This document shows, piece after piece, positions 17,534 to 26,379 of a DNA stretch of 64,000 nucleotides; position 1 is the first letter of the stretch, and every line of letters starts with the position of its first letter. Position numbers and translations under genes: made by a program. Location: NCBI GenBank assembly GCA_036405415.1, contig DASWXP010000002.1:208351-272350 (forward strand), written 5' to 3'. The stretch comes from Minisyncoccota bacterium (GTDB lineage: Bacteria; Patescibacteriota; Minisyncoccia; Phycocordibacterales; Phycocordibacteraceae). The notes beneath the pieces are model-generated. The model made no database searches and was not told where the DNA came from. It saw only the letters and a list, made by a program, of their open reading frames with translations.

Positions 17534-18007
17534 TTAGATTGGTTCGTAGCTAATAACGATGTGTTCCCCATCTTTGAGTACAGTGTTTTCGTAGGTATCT
17601 ACCCCTGTACCATCTACGGTAATACGTATTCGATGTGTAGCATCTGCTTTGTAGCTGAGGATCTCATCTTTGCTGAATGGCTGATCCCATACCGCGAAGA
17701 AGTCTGAGAGCGTGAAGTCCCGTTTCTCAGGAGACTCGACATGGATGACTCCATCAGGCGTATGCGTGTGGAGTGCTGTCATGCACGTCTGCTGAACGCC
17801 AATATTTGATGGAACAGGGACGTTCTCTCCATTCGCCACGATTTCGAGCATTGGATGAATATGGAATCCTCCGGCCATTTCGTCATCGCACAGAAGTGCT
17901 AGCTCACGATTCGTAAGTTCCCCTATCGGCTTCTGTGGACTTTGGGAGAAATACAGCAATGCTCCTATTACTGCAATAAGAGAAACAATAATAATTGCGC
18001 TCTTCAT
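17534..18007 (-). CDS. membrane-anchored hypothetical protein (His-rich motifs)
   Basis: N-terminal TM helix; HIHPM and HTHTPDGVIH could bind metal. Confidence 0.4.
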   Translation of the reverse strand: MKSAIIIVSLIAVIGALLYFSQSPQKPIGELTNRELALLCDDEMAGGFHIHPMLEIVANGENVPVPSNIGVQQTCMTALHTHTPDGVIHVESPEKRDFTLSDFFAVWDQPFSKDEILSYKADATHRIRITVDGTGVDTYENTVLKDGEHIVISYEPI

Positions 18008-18008
18008 C

Positions 18009-18407
18009 TTACTGTCCGTACCAAGACGTTTTCCAATCCTGCATCTGCTTTATCTCAGTGTTCTGGGCAGTAATAATGTTCTGCGCCATATCCTTAATCT
18101 CTTGATGCTTCGCATTCTGGAGCGCGAGCTGTGCCATTTGTACCGCCCCCTGATGATGCATAATCATCTCGGTAAGGAAGGCCTGGTCGAAAGCATCTCC
18201 TGTCTTACCGTTAAGTGCCTGCATCATTGAATCCATTTCTCCCTGCATGCCACTGTTCGAACCGCCCATCATTGAGCCGTCAGGCATCATATGTCCACCA
18301 GTTGCCTGCTGCGGAGCTACCGGTGCCTTACTTGCGGCTAGTGCATAGCCACCTCCTGCACCGATAATGAGCGCAATAAGACCAACTACAATTACATTCT
18401 TTTCCAT
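18009..18407 (-). CDS. DUF305 family protein with Met-rich segment (copper-resistance associated)
   Basis: 'FLTEMIMHHQGAVQMA' is the DUF305 signature; the Met-rich 'GGHMMPDGSMMGGSNSGMQGEMDSMM' resembles CopC/PcoC-like Cu-binding tracts. Confidence 0.65.
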   Translation of the reverse strand: MEKNVIVVGLIALIIGAGGGYALAASKAPVAPQQATGGHMMPDGSMMGGSNSGMQGEMDSMMQALNGKTGDAFDQAFLTEMIMHHQGAVQMAQLALQNAKHQEIKDMAQNIITAQNTEIKQMQDWKTSWYGQ

Positions 18408-18444
18408 AAGATTTAGTTAGATTGAGTAAGAAGAAAGTAGTCGC

Positions 18445-18813
18445 TTATGGAGCTTTTGGATTAAGAATGCCGCTGGAGAAAAGTTCTTGTAGAAGCGGTG
18501 TAGCAGGATAGAAGCGCCTACGATACCCGGGCGGGCGCTCAGGCTTCGGGACGGCAAGCCAAAACCATGCGAGCGCAAGAACCGGCACTATAAAAGTAGG
18601 AATTTCTAGAGGGAGAGCTGTAAACGTAGACTGCCAACTACTAAGATGATCAAAAATTGACATAGGACACATAGAAGTCTCGCCCTGCATGAATGGGCAA
18701 CCGCCCATACTGTGATCCATAGGCATAGCCATGAAAACCAACATAAAAAGTGGCACAAGCCCGACAAGTACAATTGACGTCCAGGACAGGAGCTTTTTAG
18801 CACTTATAGACAT
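18445..18813 (-). CDS. membrane protein with Met/Cys-rich motif, hypothetical
   Basis: 'MAMPMDHSMGGCPFMQGETSMCPMS' lies between TM helices. Confidence 0.4.
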   Translation of the reverse strand: MSISAKKLLSWTSIVLVGLVPLFMLVFMAMPMDHSMGGCPFMQGETSMCPMSIFDHLSSWQSTFTALPLEIPTFIVPVLALAWFWLAVPKPERPPGYRRRFYPATPLLQELFSSGILNPKAP

Positions 18814-18865
18814 ATGTCTCTAGTATACCGCTTCTGGTTCTAGCATAGAGCTATACTTTATTTAT

Positions 18866-19315
18866 ATGAAAATGACCAATATGTATGCTCGGTTCGGACT
18901 CATGATACTCATCTCCTTTGCTGCCATGTACATTTTGATGTACGCCATGGTGAATGTGCTTGGAAATGCGCTTCCGAACTGGAATCAGTTTTATATGGCA
19001 GGACTCATGACTTCCCCGATGATAGTGCTTGAAATGCTCTTCATGGGAACGATGTATGGGAATAAGAAATTGAATATAGGAATTATTGTTGGAGGTTTGG
19101 TTTTGCTTGTTATTTTTTGGATAAGTATTAGGCAGCAAGTCGGTATATCTGATGAGCAATTTCTGAAGTCCATGATTCCGCATCACGCCGGAGCAATCTT
19201 GATGTGCAGTAAGACTAAGCTTCAAGACCCAGAGCTGAAAGCACTCTGTACTGGCATTACATCAGGTCAGCAGGGTGAGATCGAGTTTATGAAATCAAAA
19301 CTAAATGGAATGTAG
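18866..19315 (+). CDS. DUF305 domain membrane protein
   Basis: 'MIPHHAGAILMC' DUF305 motif following three TM helices. Confidence 0.6.
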   Translation: MKMTNMYARFGLMILISFAAMYILMYAMVNVLGNALPNWNQFYMAGLMTSPMIVLEMLFMGTMYGNKKLNIGIIVGGLVLLVIFWISIRQQVGISDEQFLKSMIPHHAGAILMCSKTKLQDPELKALCTGITSGQQGEIEFMKSKLNGM

Positions 19316-19502
19316 GCGGACCTCGTGGCTACAGATTTAAAGCCAACTGCCCTCTGCTAAAATCCTCAACCATACTGAATAAGGTCTTTTGTTAGAGGGG
19401 TTCGAATCTTAACTACTTCGCACGGGATTAGGACTCGAATTTCGAGCTTCAAAATGCCTTTTGTTTATTGACGCGTCTCGAGCGCGATAACCTAGCACGA
19501 GT

Positions 19503-19576
19503 TGGCTGGGAGACTAGGGATCGAACCTAGATTGACGGGACCAAAACCCGGTGTCCTACCATTAGACGATCTCCCA
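19503..19576 (-). tRNA. tRNA-Gln (anticodon UUG)
   Basis: The cloverleaf was folded by hand. Acceptor is TGGGAGA/TCTCCCA, anticodon loop UUUUGGU, T-loop GGTTCGATCCC, with G73 and an encoded CCA. It aligns with E. coli tRNA-Gln. Confidence 0.85.
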
Positions 19577-19614
19577 ATACGGATATCCTGCCCGCAAACG
19601 ACGCTCCTCGCAAG

Positions 19615-20505
19615 CTAGGATGCGCACGCTTCTCTAAGCGCAGCCAGGTCCTCTTCGGTGAGCGAAACCGAGATACCGAAGTTGTACGGATACATCAAAG
19701 ACTCTGGATCTTCGGTGTGCCCGATCCCGAGCGCGTGTCCGAACTCATGCGCGAGCACACGCACCAGCTCCTCACGGCTCTCGAACGTATATACCGTAAT
19801 CTGTTCAGAATCCCCGTCTGCGGTGTAGTGTCCTTGGTCGAAATCGTGCCCGAGCGTCTCGTTGAATATCTCTGCGTTCTGGTTCAGCCGCTCCACGAGA
19901 CCGTTCAAGGACCCGACGCGAACGTTAATATCCCTTCCTAAGGATTCGATACGTGCCGCCTCGCTCCCAAGGCTCGCCTGCTGCCTCTCGAGCGTCGCCT
20001 TGCGCACCGCGAACTGCGCGTACACGGACGGCGGCGCGCCCCCGCGATCGTTCCAGGACGCTACATCGCGCTCGTACTGGGCGACATCCGCTTCGTACTT
20101 CGATACTGCTCGTTCGTAAGATGTCTTTAGTTCTTCGTATCGAGTCCTAAGATTATCTATCTCCTCCTTCATGGCGCGGTACTCCTGCTGCCCCGCTTCG
20201 ATGGAATCCCCGAGCGCGAGCGCTTCCTGCCGCTCGTCGTACACGAGCGATATGCCTATGCCAGTATCGCCCCTTCGGAATAGTTCCTTGCCCGCGGCCT
20301 CGTTCCAGACCTGAGCCGCCTCTTCAGCTGCAGTTATAAACGCCTCCTGAGAGAGCTCGAACCGAGGATCAGGAGAAAGCACGGTGTATGCGATAGGCTC
20401 TGCGCATCGCGGCGGATCCTTGATGTCCGAGAGCGCGTAGTGCGCGACTAAGCCGACGAGCGCCACCGGAAGCAGGTAGCGGAAAATGGGCGCGAGCATA
20501 CGCAT
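19615..20505 (-). CDS. matrixin-like zinc metalloprotease (metzincin)
   Basis: 'HEFGHALGIGHTEDPESLMYP' gives HExxHxxGxxH plus a Met-turn; a long coiled-coil linker; N-terminal TM helix. Confidence 0.7.
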   Translation of the reverse strand: MRMLAPIFRYLLPVALVGLVAHYALSDIKDPPRCAEPIAYTVLSPDPRFELSQEAFITAAEEAAQVWNEAAGKELFRRGDTGIGISLVYDERQEALALGDSIEAGQQEYRAMKEEIDNLRTRYEELKTSYERAVSKYEADVAQYERDVASWNDRGGAPPSVYAQFAVRKATLERQQASLGSEAARIESLGRDINVRVGSLNGLVERLNQNAEIFNETLGHDFDQGHYTADGDSEQITVYTFESREELVRVLAHEFGHALGIGHTEDPESLMYPYNFGISVSLTEEDLAALREACAS

Positions 20506-20508
20506 AGG

Positions 20509-21537
20509 CTAGGAAGAGAGATCGAGCACCGCAAGCTCAAGCGGGAGCTCCGGTACCGGCGCGAACCGGATGCGAGCGGACGCATCGAGGAACGCGCGAA
20601 GCGTCTCGTGCGTGAGCTTCGATTCCTTCGCCTCAGCGAGCGTAAGCGCTTCCTGATACGCGTCCTCTCCGAGCTCTTCAGCTATCTCCTTGCGAAGCTC
20701 TGACGCATGGCGCATAAGAAGGACTTGGCGAAGATACTCGAGCACCAGCGAAAGGTAAAGCGGGATATCTACACCCTGCGCTGACGCGGTCCGTATGGTC
20801 TCAAGCGCCTTGTCCGCGCTTCCTTCTGACAGCGCTGCCGCAAGCGCATGCACGAGCGCATGGCGCGGAGCGCCTGTAGCTTTCTCGGCGTCCTCACGCG
20901 AAAGCTTCTTGTCGGTTGCAGATGCGAGCGCCTTCTCGAGCACCGAGAGCGCGTCGCGATACGAGCCGTCTCCCAAATGCGCGATGAGGTCTGCGGCAGC
21001 GGGCTCAATCGCATAGCCTTCTTTCTTTGATACCGCCGTGACGAGCATCGCAAGCCCTGCACGCGTCGGCTTCTTGAACTGGAATACCTGGCAACGGGAA
21101 CGAACGGTTTCTGGAACCTTCTCAATCTCAGTGGTAGCGAGGATAAGCACTACGTGCGCAGGCGGTTCCTCGAGCGTCTTTAGAAGGGCGTTCCATGCGG
21201 ACTTCGAGAGCATGTGCGCCTCGTCAAGGATATACACCTTCCGTTCTGAGTTGTACGGGAGCGTATGCACGCTCTCGTTAAGCGCACGTACCTCGTCCAC
21301 GCCGTTGTTCGATGCGGCATCGAGCTCGAAGATATCGCGCTCATCGGTCTTGAGCTCGCGCGCAAAGATGCGCGCGATGGAAGTCTTCCCAAGGCCGCGC
21401 GATCCCGCAAAGAGATACGCATGCCCTACTTTCCCGCTTGCAATCTGCTCCTCAAGCGGCTTCACCACCTGATCCTGCCCCGCGACGTCCTTGAAGGACT
21501 GCGGCCTATAGGCCCTGTAGAGCGATTGATGCGCCAT
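20509..21537 (-). CDS. dnaX: DNA polymerase III subunit gamma/tau, short form
   Basis: 'YRPQSFKDVAGQDQV', 'GSRGLGKTS', 'YILDEAHMLS', 'SRCQVFQFK'. Confidence 0.85.
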   Translation of the reverse strand: MAHQSLYRAYRPQSFKDVAGQDQVVKPLEEQIASGKVGHAYLFAGSRGLGKTSIARIFARELKTDERDIFELDAASNNGVDEVRALNESVHTLPYNSERKVYILDEAHMLSKSAWNALLKTLEEPPAHVVLILATTEIEKVPETVRSRCQVFQFKKPTRAGLAMLVTAVSKKEGYAIEPAAADLIAHLGDGSYRDALSVLEKALASATDKKLSREDAEKATGAPRHALVHALAAALSEGSADKALETIRTASAQGVDIPLYLSLVLEYLRQVLLMRHASELRKEIAEELGEDAYQEALTLAEAKESKLTHETLRAFLDASARIRFAPVPELPLELAVLDLSS

Positions 21538-21549
21538 GCGGGAAGTATA

Positions 21550-22515
21550 CTACGCCGCTTCCTTGATCACGCGCTCCATGTCGTCAGCGCCCTGCGTCTC
21601 CATAAGCGCGGCACGCAGCTGCGCGGAACCCTCGAACCCTGCCGTGAATGCCTTCACGTGCTTACGCACCAGATGGAACGACTTTGCAGGCTGGAGCTTC
21701 TCGAAATCGCGCGCGAGCGAGAGGAGCGCCGCGAGCTTCTCGTCCCGCTGCGTATCTTCCTTGGCGCGTCCCGCGAACACCCACGGGTTCCCGAAGATGC
21801 CGCGCCCGATCATAACGCCGTCGCATCCGGTGTCGTGCGCTTTCTGTCGCGCTTCTGCGATCGTCTCGACATCGCCGTTTCCGATGATTTTGGTATCTGG
21901 AGCGATGCGGTCCCTGAGCGCTACAATATGCGGCATGAGGTCCCAGTGCGCCGGAACTTTGGACATTTCCTTGCGCGTGCGCAGGTGGACCGTAAGCGCA
22001 GGAAGATTCTCCTCCAGCAGGTTCGGCAGCCATTCGTCGATGGCTTCCTGGTTGTAGCCGATGCGCGTCTTCACGGACACCGGGATTCCAGCGGTGCGCG
22101 CTGCACGGATGATCTCCTTCGCTTTCTCGGGGTTCTTGATCATCGCGGCCCCTGCGCCCTGCTTTTCGATGGACTTGTCCGGGCAGCCCATGTTGATGTC
22201 GATACCGTCATAGCCGAGCTCTGCGCAGAGCTGCGCGGCATACGCCATGGATTCCGGGTTGCTCGAGAAGAGCTGCGCGACGATAGGACGCTCTTCGCTT
22301 GAAAACTGGAGGTCGCGCATTAGCGGGTTCTCATCGTCCGGAATGCCCTTCCTGTCGCGCATGTGATAGAGCCCGTCTGCGGACACGAACTCGGTCCAGG
22401 TTACGTCCGGCTTCCCAACAGACGCGATGAGCGAGCGGTACGCAGGATCAGTCACGTCCGCCATAGGCGCAAGGACGAAGAAGGGCTTTGGGAGCGTGTT
22501 CCAGAACGATTCCAT
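21550..22515 (-). CDS. dus: tRNA-dihydrouridine synthase
   Basis: 'VLAPMADVTDPAYRSL' and TIM-barrel Dus motifs. Confidence 0.85.
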   Translation of the reverse strand: MESFWNTLPKPFFVLAPMADVTDPAYRSLIASVGKPDVTWTEFVSADGLYHMRDRKGIPDDENPLMRDLQFSSEERPIVAQLFSSNPESMAYAAQLCAELGYDGIDINMGCPDKSIEKQGAGAAMIKNPEKAKEIIRAARTAGIPVSVKTRIGYNQEAIDEWLPNLLEENLPALTVHLRTRKEMSKVPAHWDLMPHIVALRDRIAPDTKIIGNGDVETIAEARQKAHDTGCDGVMIGRGIFGNPWVFAGRAKEDTQRDEKLAALLSLARDFEKLQPAKSFHLVRKHVKAFTAGFEGSAQLRAALMETQGADDMERVIKEAA

Positions 22516-22606
22516 AGCGGCATCCTACCGGCAGAAGCGTTATTCGACAATGCGGACCGCTTCGCGTAAAGTGCGTGCGGACACCCCTCAAACCACGGAG
22601 GTACAC

Positions 22607-23083
22607 ATGTATAAGGATTGGTCCTCGTACGTCTTCGTGACGCACGAGGGAGAGCAAGGAGGCGCCAAAGTCCTTTGCATCCGTAACAGTGACGGACCAG
22701 GAACTCGCCAGTGGAGGCTTCCCGGCGGTCCTAAAATGGAACAAGAACAGGACAGCCTGGATACTGCTCGTCGCACGACGACCAGACAGACCGGAATAAA
22801 CATCTACGGCCTAAACCTGAGACGTATCGGCGATTCAATAAAAAAGGAAGTCCGCACGCGCCGCAATCACCACTCACATAAGCTGAACAAGCACGCGATC
22901 CGCTTCTACCGAGCTTCCTTGCCCATCGACAGGCTTCTACGCAGAAGCAATCCTGCGGATGGGCTCGAGTCTGACTTCCTGCCCCTAAGCATTCTGCGAA
23001 GCAAAGAGGACTTCCTCGACTCGCATCGAAGGTTCCTCCTTGAAAACCGCCTTCTTGGCGAAACGGGTCCCGAAGGGGACTAA
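22607..23083 (+). CDS. degenerate NUDIX-fold protein
   Basis: 'WRLPGGPKMEQEQDSLDTARRTTTRQTGI' gives a partial Nudix box (G-x5-E-x7-R...G). Start set at MYKDW (22607) with an upstream GGAGG. Confidence 0.4.
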   Translation: MYKDWSSYVFVTHEGEQGGAKVLCIRNSDGPGTRQWRLPGGPKMEQEQDSLDTARRTTTRQTGINIYGLNLRRIGDSIKKEVRTRRNHHSHKLNKHAIRFYRASLPIDRLLRRSNPADGLESDFLPLSILRSKEDFLDSHRRFLLENRLLGETGPEGD

Positions 23084-23117
23084 GGGCCGGGCGCAGCACG
23101 CTGCACCCGGCCTTTTG

Positions 23118-24131
23118 CTATTCCTCTATCTGCACTTCCCCTCTTCGCTTGAAATACGCCTTCCCGGGGAACCTTAGGTCCACGTACTGGATAGATCCGT
23201 CGTTCAGAGAGAGCTGCGGGAACGCGCTCGCTGCGATGCCTGCTGCCTGCTCCTCGCGTCCGAGCACGTACGTGATGCGGGTGCCTGCCTCCGTATAAAG
23301 GTCTGCCTCGTCCGCACGGAACGCGAGCGCCGTGACATCGGCGCCGAGCGTGCGCATAGCCTTCACGAACAACAGCACGCCCGGGATGCGGTCCGCGCTC
23401 TCGATACGCGCGCGAACCGGAGACTCTCCCTGTTGCCCTGCGATAGGCGCGTAGATGCGCAACGCCGCCGAGGTCGACGCGACTTCCGGAGGAACCGGCG
23501 CAAAGATGAGCCCCTCGGCGTTCGCGCTGAAACAGGTGCCGAACGTGACTTCCGTTGAGGTGCCGCACCATACGTACGCTTCGGCGCGCGCGGTTGTTGA
23601 TACCGAAAGCGTCGTAAGGCCTTCGGCGCGGATAGAGACCGCCTCGATGTCCGGATGCGCATCAAGGATACGTGCGCGGATATCCTCTTCCGGGATGAAG
23701 AAGAGCGAGTTGCGCGGGAGCACGAACGCGTGCGTTCCTTGGAGACCCGTTTCTACCAACCGCTTCACCGCTTCAGCGTGCGGACCGTCTGCTTGAACGG
23801 CAGACACGCGAAGCGCCGGAAGCCATGAAAGATATATGAGGAGCGCGAGGAAAAGCACCGTGACGATGCCGAGCGCTATGAGGAGCGCCTTCCTCGCTTT
23901 CTTACGCCGCTTCTTGAGTGGCTCTTTCGGCTCGACTTTCGCCGTCTTCTTGCGCGAAATGGTGACGTTCTTCTTTGAGGCCGGGACCGCTACGGGAGCA
24001 GGTGCTGCAGCAGGCTTTCGAGCAGACGCGCGCATGTCCATAGAGCGCTTCGGGCGTGCTGCGGGCGTGGGCGCAGGAGCCTGCGCCTTCTTCGCCTTAG
24101 GCTGTATGTCCCAGGACCTCCTTTCCGACAT
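23118..24131 (-). CDS. FtsQ/DivIB-like cell-division protein (basic N-terminus, TM, POTRA)
   Basis: Lys/Arg/Pro-rich N-terminus, a single TM helix 'ALLIALGIVTVLFLALLIYL', then a POTRA-like domain. The start is uncertain and overlaps the serS 3' end. Confidence 0.5.
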   Translation of the reverse strand: MSERRSWDIQPKAKKAQAPAPTPAARPKRSMDMRASARKPAAAPAPVAVPASKKNVTISRKKTAKVEPKEPLKKRRKKARKALLIALGIVTVLFLALLIYLSWLPALRVSAVQADGPHAEAVKRLVETGLQGTHAFVLPRNSLFFIPEEDIRARILDAHPDIEAVSIRAEGLTTLSVSTTARAEAYVWCGTSTEVTFGTCFSANAEGLIFAPVPPEVASTSAALRIYAPIAGQQGESPVRARIESADRIPGVLLFVKAMRTLGADVTALAFRADEADLYTEAGTRITYVLGREEQAAGIAASAFPQLSLNDGSIQYVDLRFPGKAYFKRRGEVQIEE

Positions 24132-25365
24132 ACGGTACGAGCGCGTCGGGGACGCGGACGGTGCCATCCTCCTGCTGGAAGTTCTCGACGATCATCGTGA
24201 GTACGCGCGGCATGGCAACCGCGGTGTTGTTCAAGGAGTGCGCGAACTTGAGCGATCCGTCCTCGTCGCGGTACCTGAGGTTCAGGCGGCGCGTCTGGAA
24301 ATCATGGAAATAGGAAGAGGAATGCGTCTCCCGATATGTGTCCTGCGACGGCATCCACGCCTCGATGTCGTACTTCTTGACCTGCCCGAGGCCGAGGTCT
24401 CCGCCGCAATTCACGACGACGCGGTACGGGAGCCCAAGCTTCTCGAGGAACTCCTCGGCATTGCGCGTGAGTTCCTCATGGAGCGCCACTGACGTCTCGT
24501 GCGACGCCTCGCACAAGACGACCTGCTCCCACTTGAAGAACTCGTGCACGCGGATGAGCCCCTTCGTGTCCTTGCTGTGACTTCCCGCCTCGCGACGGAA
24601 GCACGGAGAGTACGAGAGGAACTTCGCCGGAAGCTGGCTCTTCTCGAGGGTCTCGTCCATGTAGTACCCCATGGTTGCCACCTCGCCCGTTCCTGCGAGG
24701 TACTCGCCGTCCTGGGTCCTGTAGAGATCCTCTTCGCCCTGCGGCAGGTATCCGGTTCCCATGAACGTCTCGCGACGCACCAAGGACGGCACAATCATGG
24801 GCATGAAGCCCTTCCCTGAAAAATGCGAAAGCGCGAGGTTCGATACCGCATTCGCAAGCAGGACGCCGTCGCCTTTGAGGAAGTACCCGCGGAACCCTGC
24901 GACCTTGGCGCCACGCTCGAAGTCTGCCATGCCGTTCTTTGTCATGAGCTCGACATGGTCCTTCGGAGCGAATGCGAACGTCGGGCGCTCGCCCCACTGC
25001 TTCACCTCGACGTTGTCCGCATCGCTCTCTCCTTCGGGAACCGTCATGTCCGGAAGGTTCGGCACTGAAAGCATGAGGGTCTGCCACTCCTCCATCACCG
25101 CTTTGTACTTCTCCTCAATCTCAGCCATTCCCTCCTTCACGTGGCGCATCGCCTCGAGCAGCTTCTCCTTCTCCTCGCCCTTAGCGAGCGCGATGGTCTG
25201 GCTCGCGCGGTTCTGCTCGGCGCGGCGGCTATCGAGCTCCTGGCGCAGGCGCTTGCGTTCGTCGTCAGCCTGAAGGAGGCGGTCGATGTCGACCTCGATG
25301 TGCTTTTTCAGGGCGCCCGCCTTGATGAGGTCCGCGTTCTCGCGGATGAAATGGATATCGAGCAT
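24097..25365 (-). CDS. serS: seryl-tRNA synthetase
   Basis: N-terminal coiled coil and class II motifs ('GYYMDETLEKSQLP', 'FRREAGS'). Confidence 0.9.
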   Translation of the reverse strand: MLDIHFIRENADLIKAGALKKHIEVDIDRLLQADDERKRLRQELDSRRAEQNRASQTIALAKGEEKEKLLEAMRHVKEGMAEIEEKYKAVMEEWQTLMLSVPNLPDMTVPEGESDADNVEVKQWGERPTFAFAPKDHVELMTKNGMADFERGAKVAGFRGYFLKGDGVLLANAVSNLALSHFSGKGFMPMIVPSLVRRETFMGTGYLPQGEEDLYRTQDGEYLAGTGEVATMGYYMDETLEKSQLPAKFLSYSPCFRREAGSHSKDTKGLIRVHEFFKWEQVVLCEASHETSVALHEELTRNAEEFLEKLGLPYRVVVNCGGDLGLGQVKKYDIEAWMPSQDTYRETHSSSYFHDFQTRRLNLRYRDEDGSLKFAHSLNNTAVAMPRVLTMIVENFQQEDGTVRVPDALVPYVGKEVLGHTA

Positions 25366-25452
25366 GTTCCCGCCATTGTACGGCAGGACCGCGGCTACGA
25401 AAAGCTGAGGATTTTATATTTTCTTTATCTCCCTTCGGTATGCTTCCCGGGT

Positions 25453-26316
25453 ATGGCGGATATCGAGGAGATCCTGAAGGAGGAATACGAGGAACGCGGC
25501 ATCGGATCGCTCCTTGAGATACCGCAACCTCCGGAAAAGCTCTGGCTGCGCGGGTCCCTTCCAGGAAGGGACGTGAAGCGGCTTGCGGTAGTGGGATCGA
25601 GGGCGCTCTCTCCGTACGGCGAAGCGGCCTGCCGGTATCTCCTGTCCGGACTCGCCGGCTACCCGATCTCGATTGTCTCGGGGCTCGCGCTCGGCGCTGA
25701 CGCGTGCGCGCACCGCGCCGCGCTCGAAGCGGGACTCCATACCATCGCGATCCCTGGTTCTGGGCTCGCGAACAAGACTATCGCGCCGCGCACGAACTAC
25801 GCGCTTGCGATGTACATACTCGCGTCAGGCGGCGCGCTGCTTGCGGAGCATCCGCCGGAAGAAGGAGCGCGCCCGTACTATTTCCCTTCACGCAACCGCA
25901 TCATGGTAGGACTCGCAGACGCGGTGCTTGTGATCGAAGCGGCCGAGAAATCGGGCACGCTCATAACGGCGCGCATGGCCGCAGACTATAACCGCGACCT
26001 CCTGTGCATCCCGCACCGCATCCTAGACGAGAACGGGCACGGCAACCACCTCTTCCTGCGGCTGGGTGCGGGTCTCATCACCGAGCCAGAGCATATCCTC
26101 GAAGCACTGGGGATTGCTGCTGAAGAGAAGCAGCAATCGCTTCCGCTCTTGTCTCCTGCCGAAGAACAGCTCTATGACGTGCTCGCTACCCCCATGCCGC
26201 GCAACGAGCTCATCCGCCGCTCGGGACTCCTTCCGGACGAAGCCTTGGTGGCGCTTCTGGCGCTTGATCTCAAGGGTCTGGTGAAAGAAACGTACGGCGC
26301 GTGGCGCAGGATCTAG
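25453..26316 (+). CDS. dprA: DNA processing protein DprA (Smf)
   Basis: 'VVGSRALSPYGEAACRYL...GLALGADACAHRAAL'. Start set at MADIEE; the longer in-frame ORF from a GTG at 25141 overlaps serS and is rejected. Confidence 0.85.
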   Translation: MADIEEILKEEYEERGIGSLLEIPQPPEKLWLRGSLPGRDVKRLAVVGSRALSPYGEAACRYLLSGLAGYPISIVSGLALGADACAHRAALEAGLHTIAIPGSGLANKTIAPRTNYALAMYILASGGALLAEHPPEEGARPYYFPSRNRIMVGLADAVLVIEAAEKSGTLITARMAADYNRDLLCIPHRILDENGHGNHLFLRLGAGLITEPEHILEALGIAAEEKQQSLPLLSPAEEQLYDVLATPMPRNELIRRSGLLPDEALVALLALDLKGLVKETYGAWRRI

Positions 26317-26379
26317 ACTCTTCACGCAGCCTCCACGCTTGACCATATATAGGTATGCGGGGTATCTGTGGGTACACAC

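Noticed and set aside
19380-19450. tRNA-like T-loop GGGGTTCGAATC on the plus strand near tRNA-Gln
   Set aside because: No complementary T-stem or acceptor stem could be folded. It is probably a decayed tRNA remnant or chance similarity and is not called as a gene.
21265-22302. 345-aa plus-strand ORF spanning the dnaX/dus region, and similar antisense ORFs at 37553-38404, 29109-30002 and 62546-63445
   Set aside because: They are antisense to confidently assigned housekeeping genes (dnaX/dus, clpB, rel, ftsA), have no motifs, and show biased composition.
25141-25452. N-terminal extension of the dprA ORF from a GTG at 25141
   Set aside because: It overlaps the serS 3' end on the opposite strand by over 200 nt. 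DprA homology begins at MADIEE (25453).
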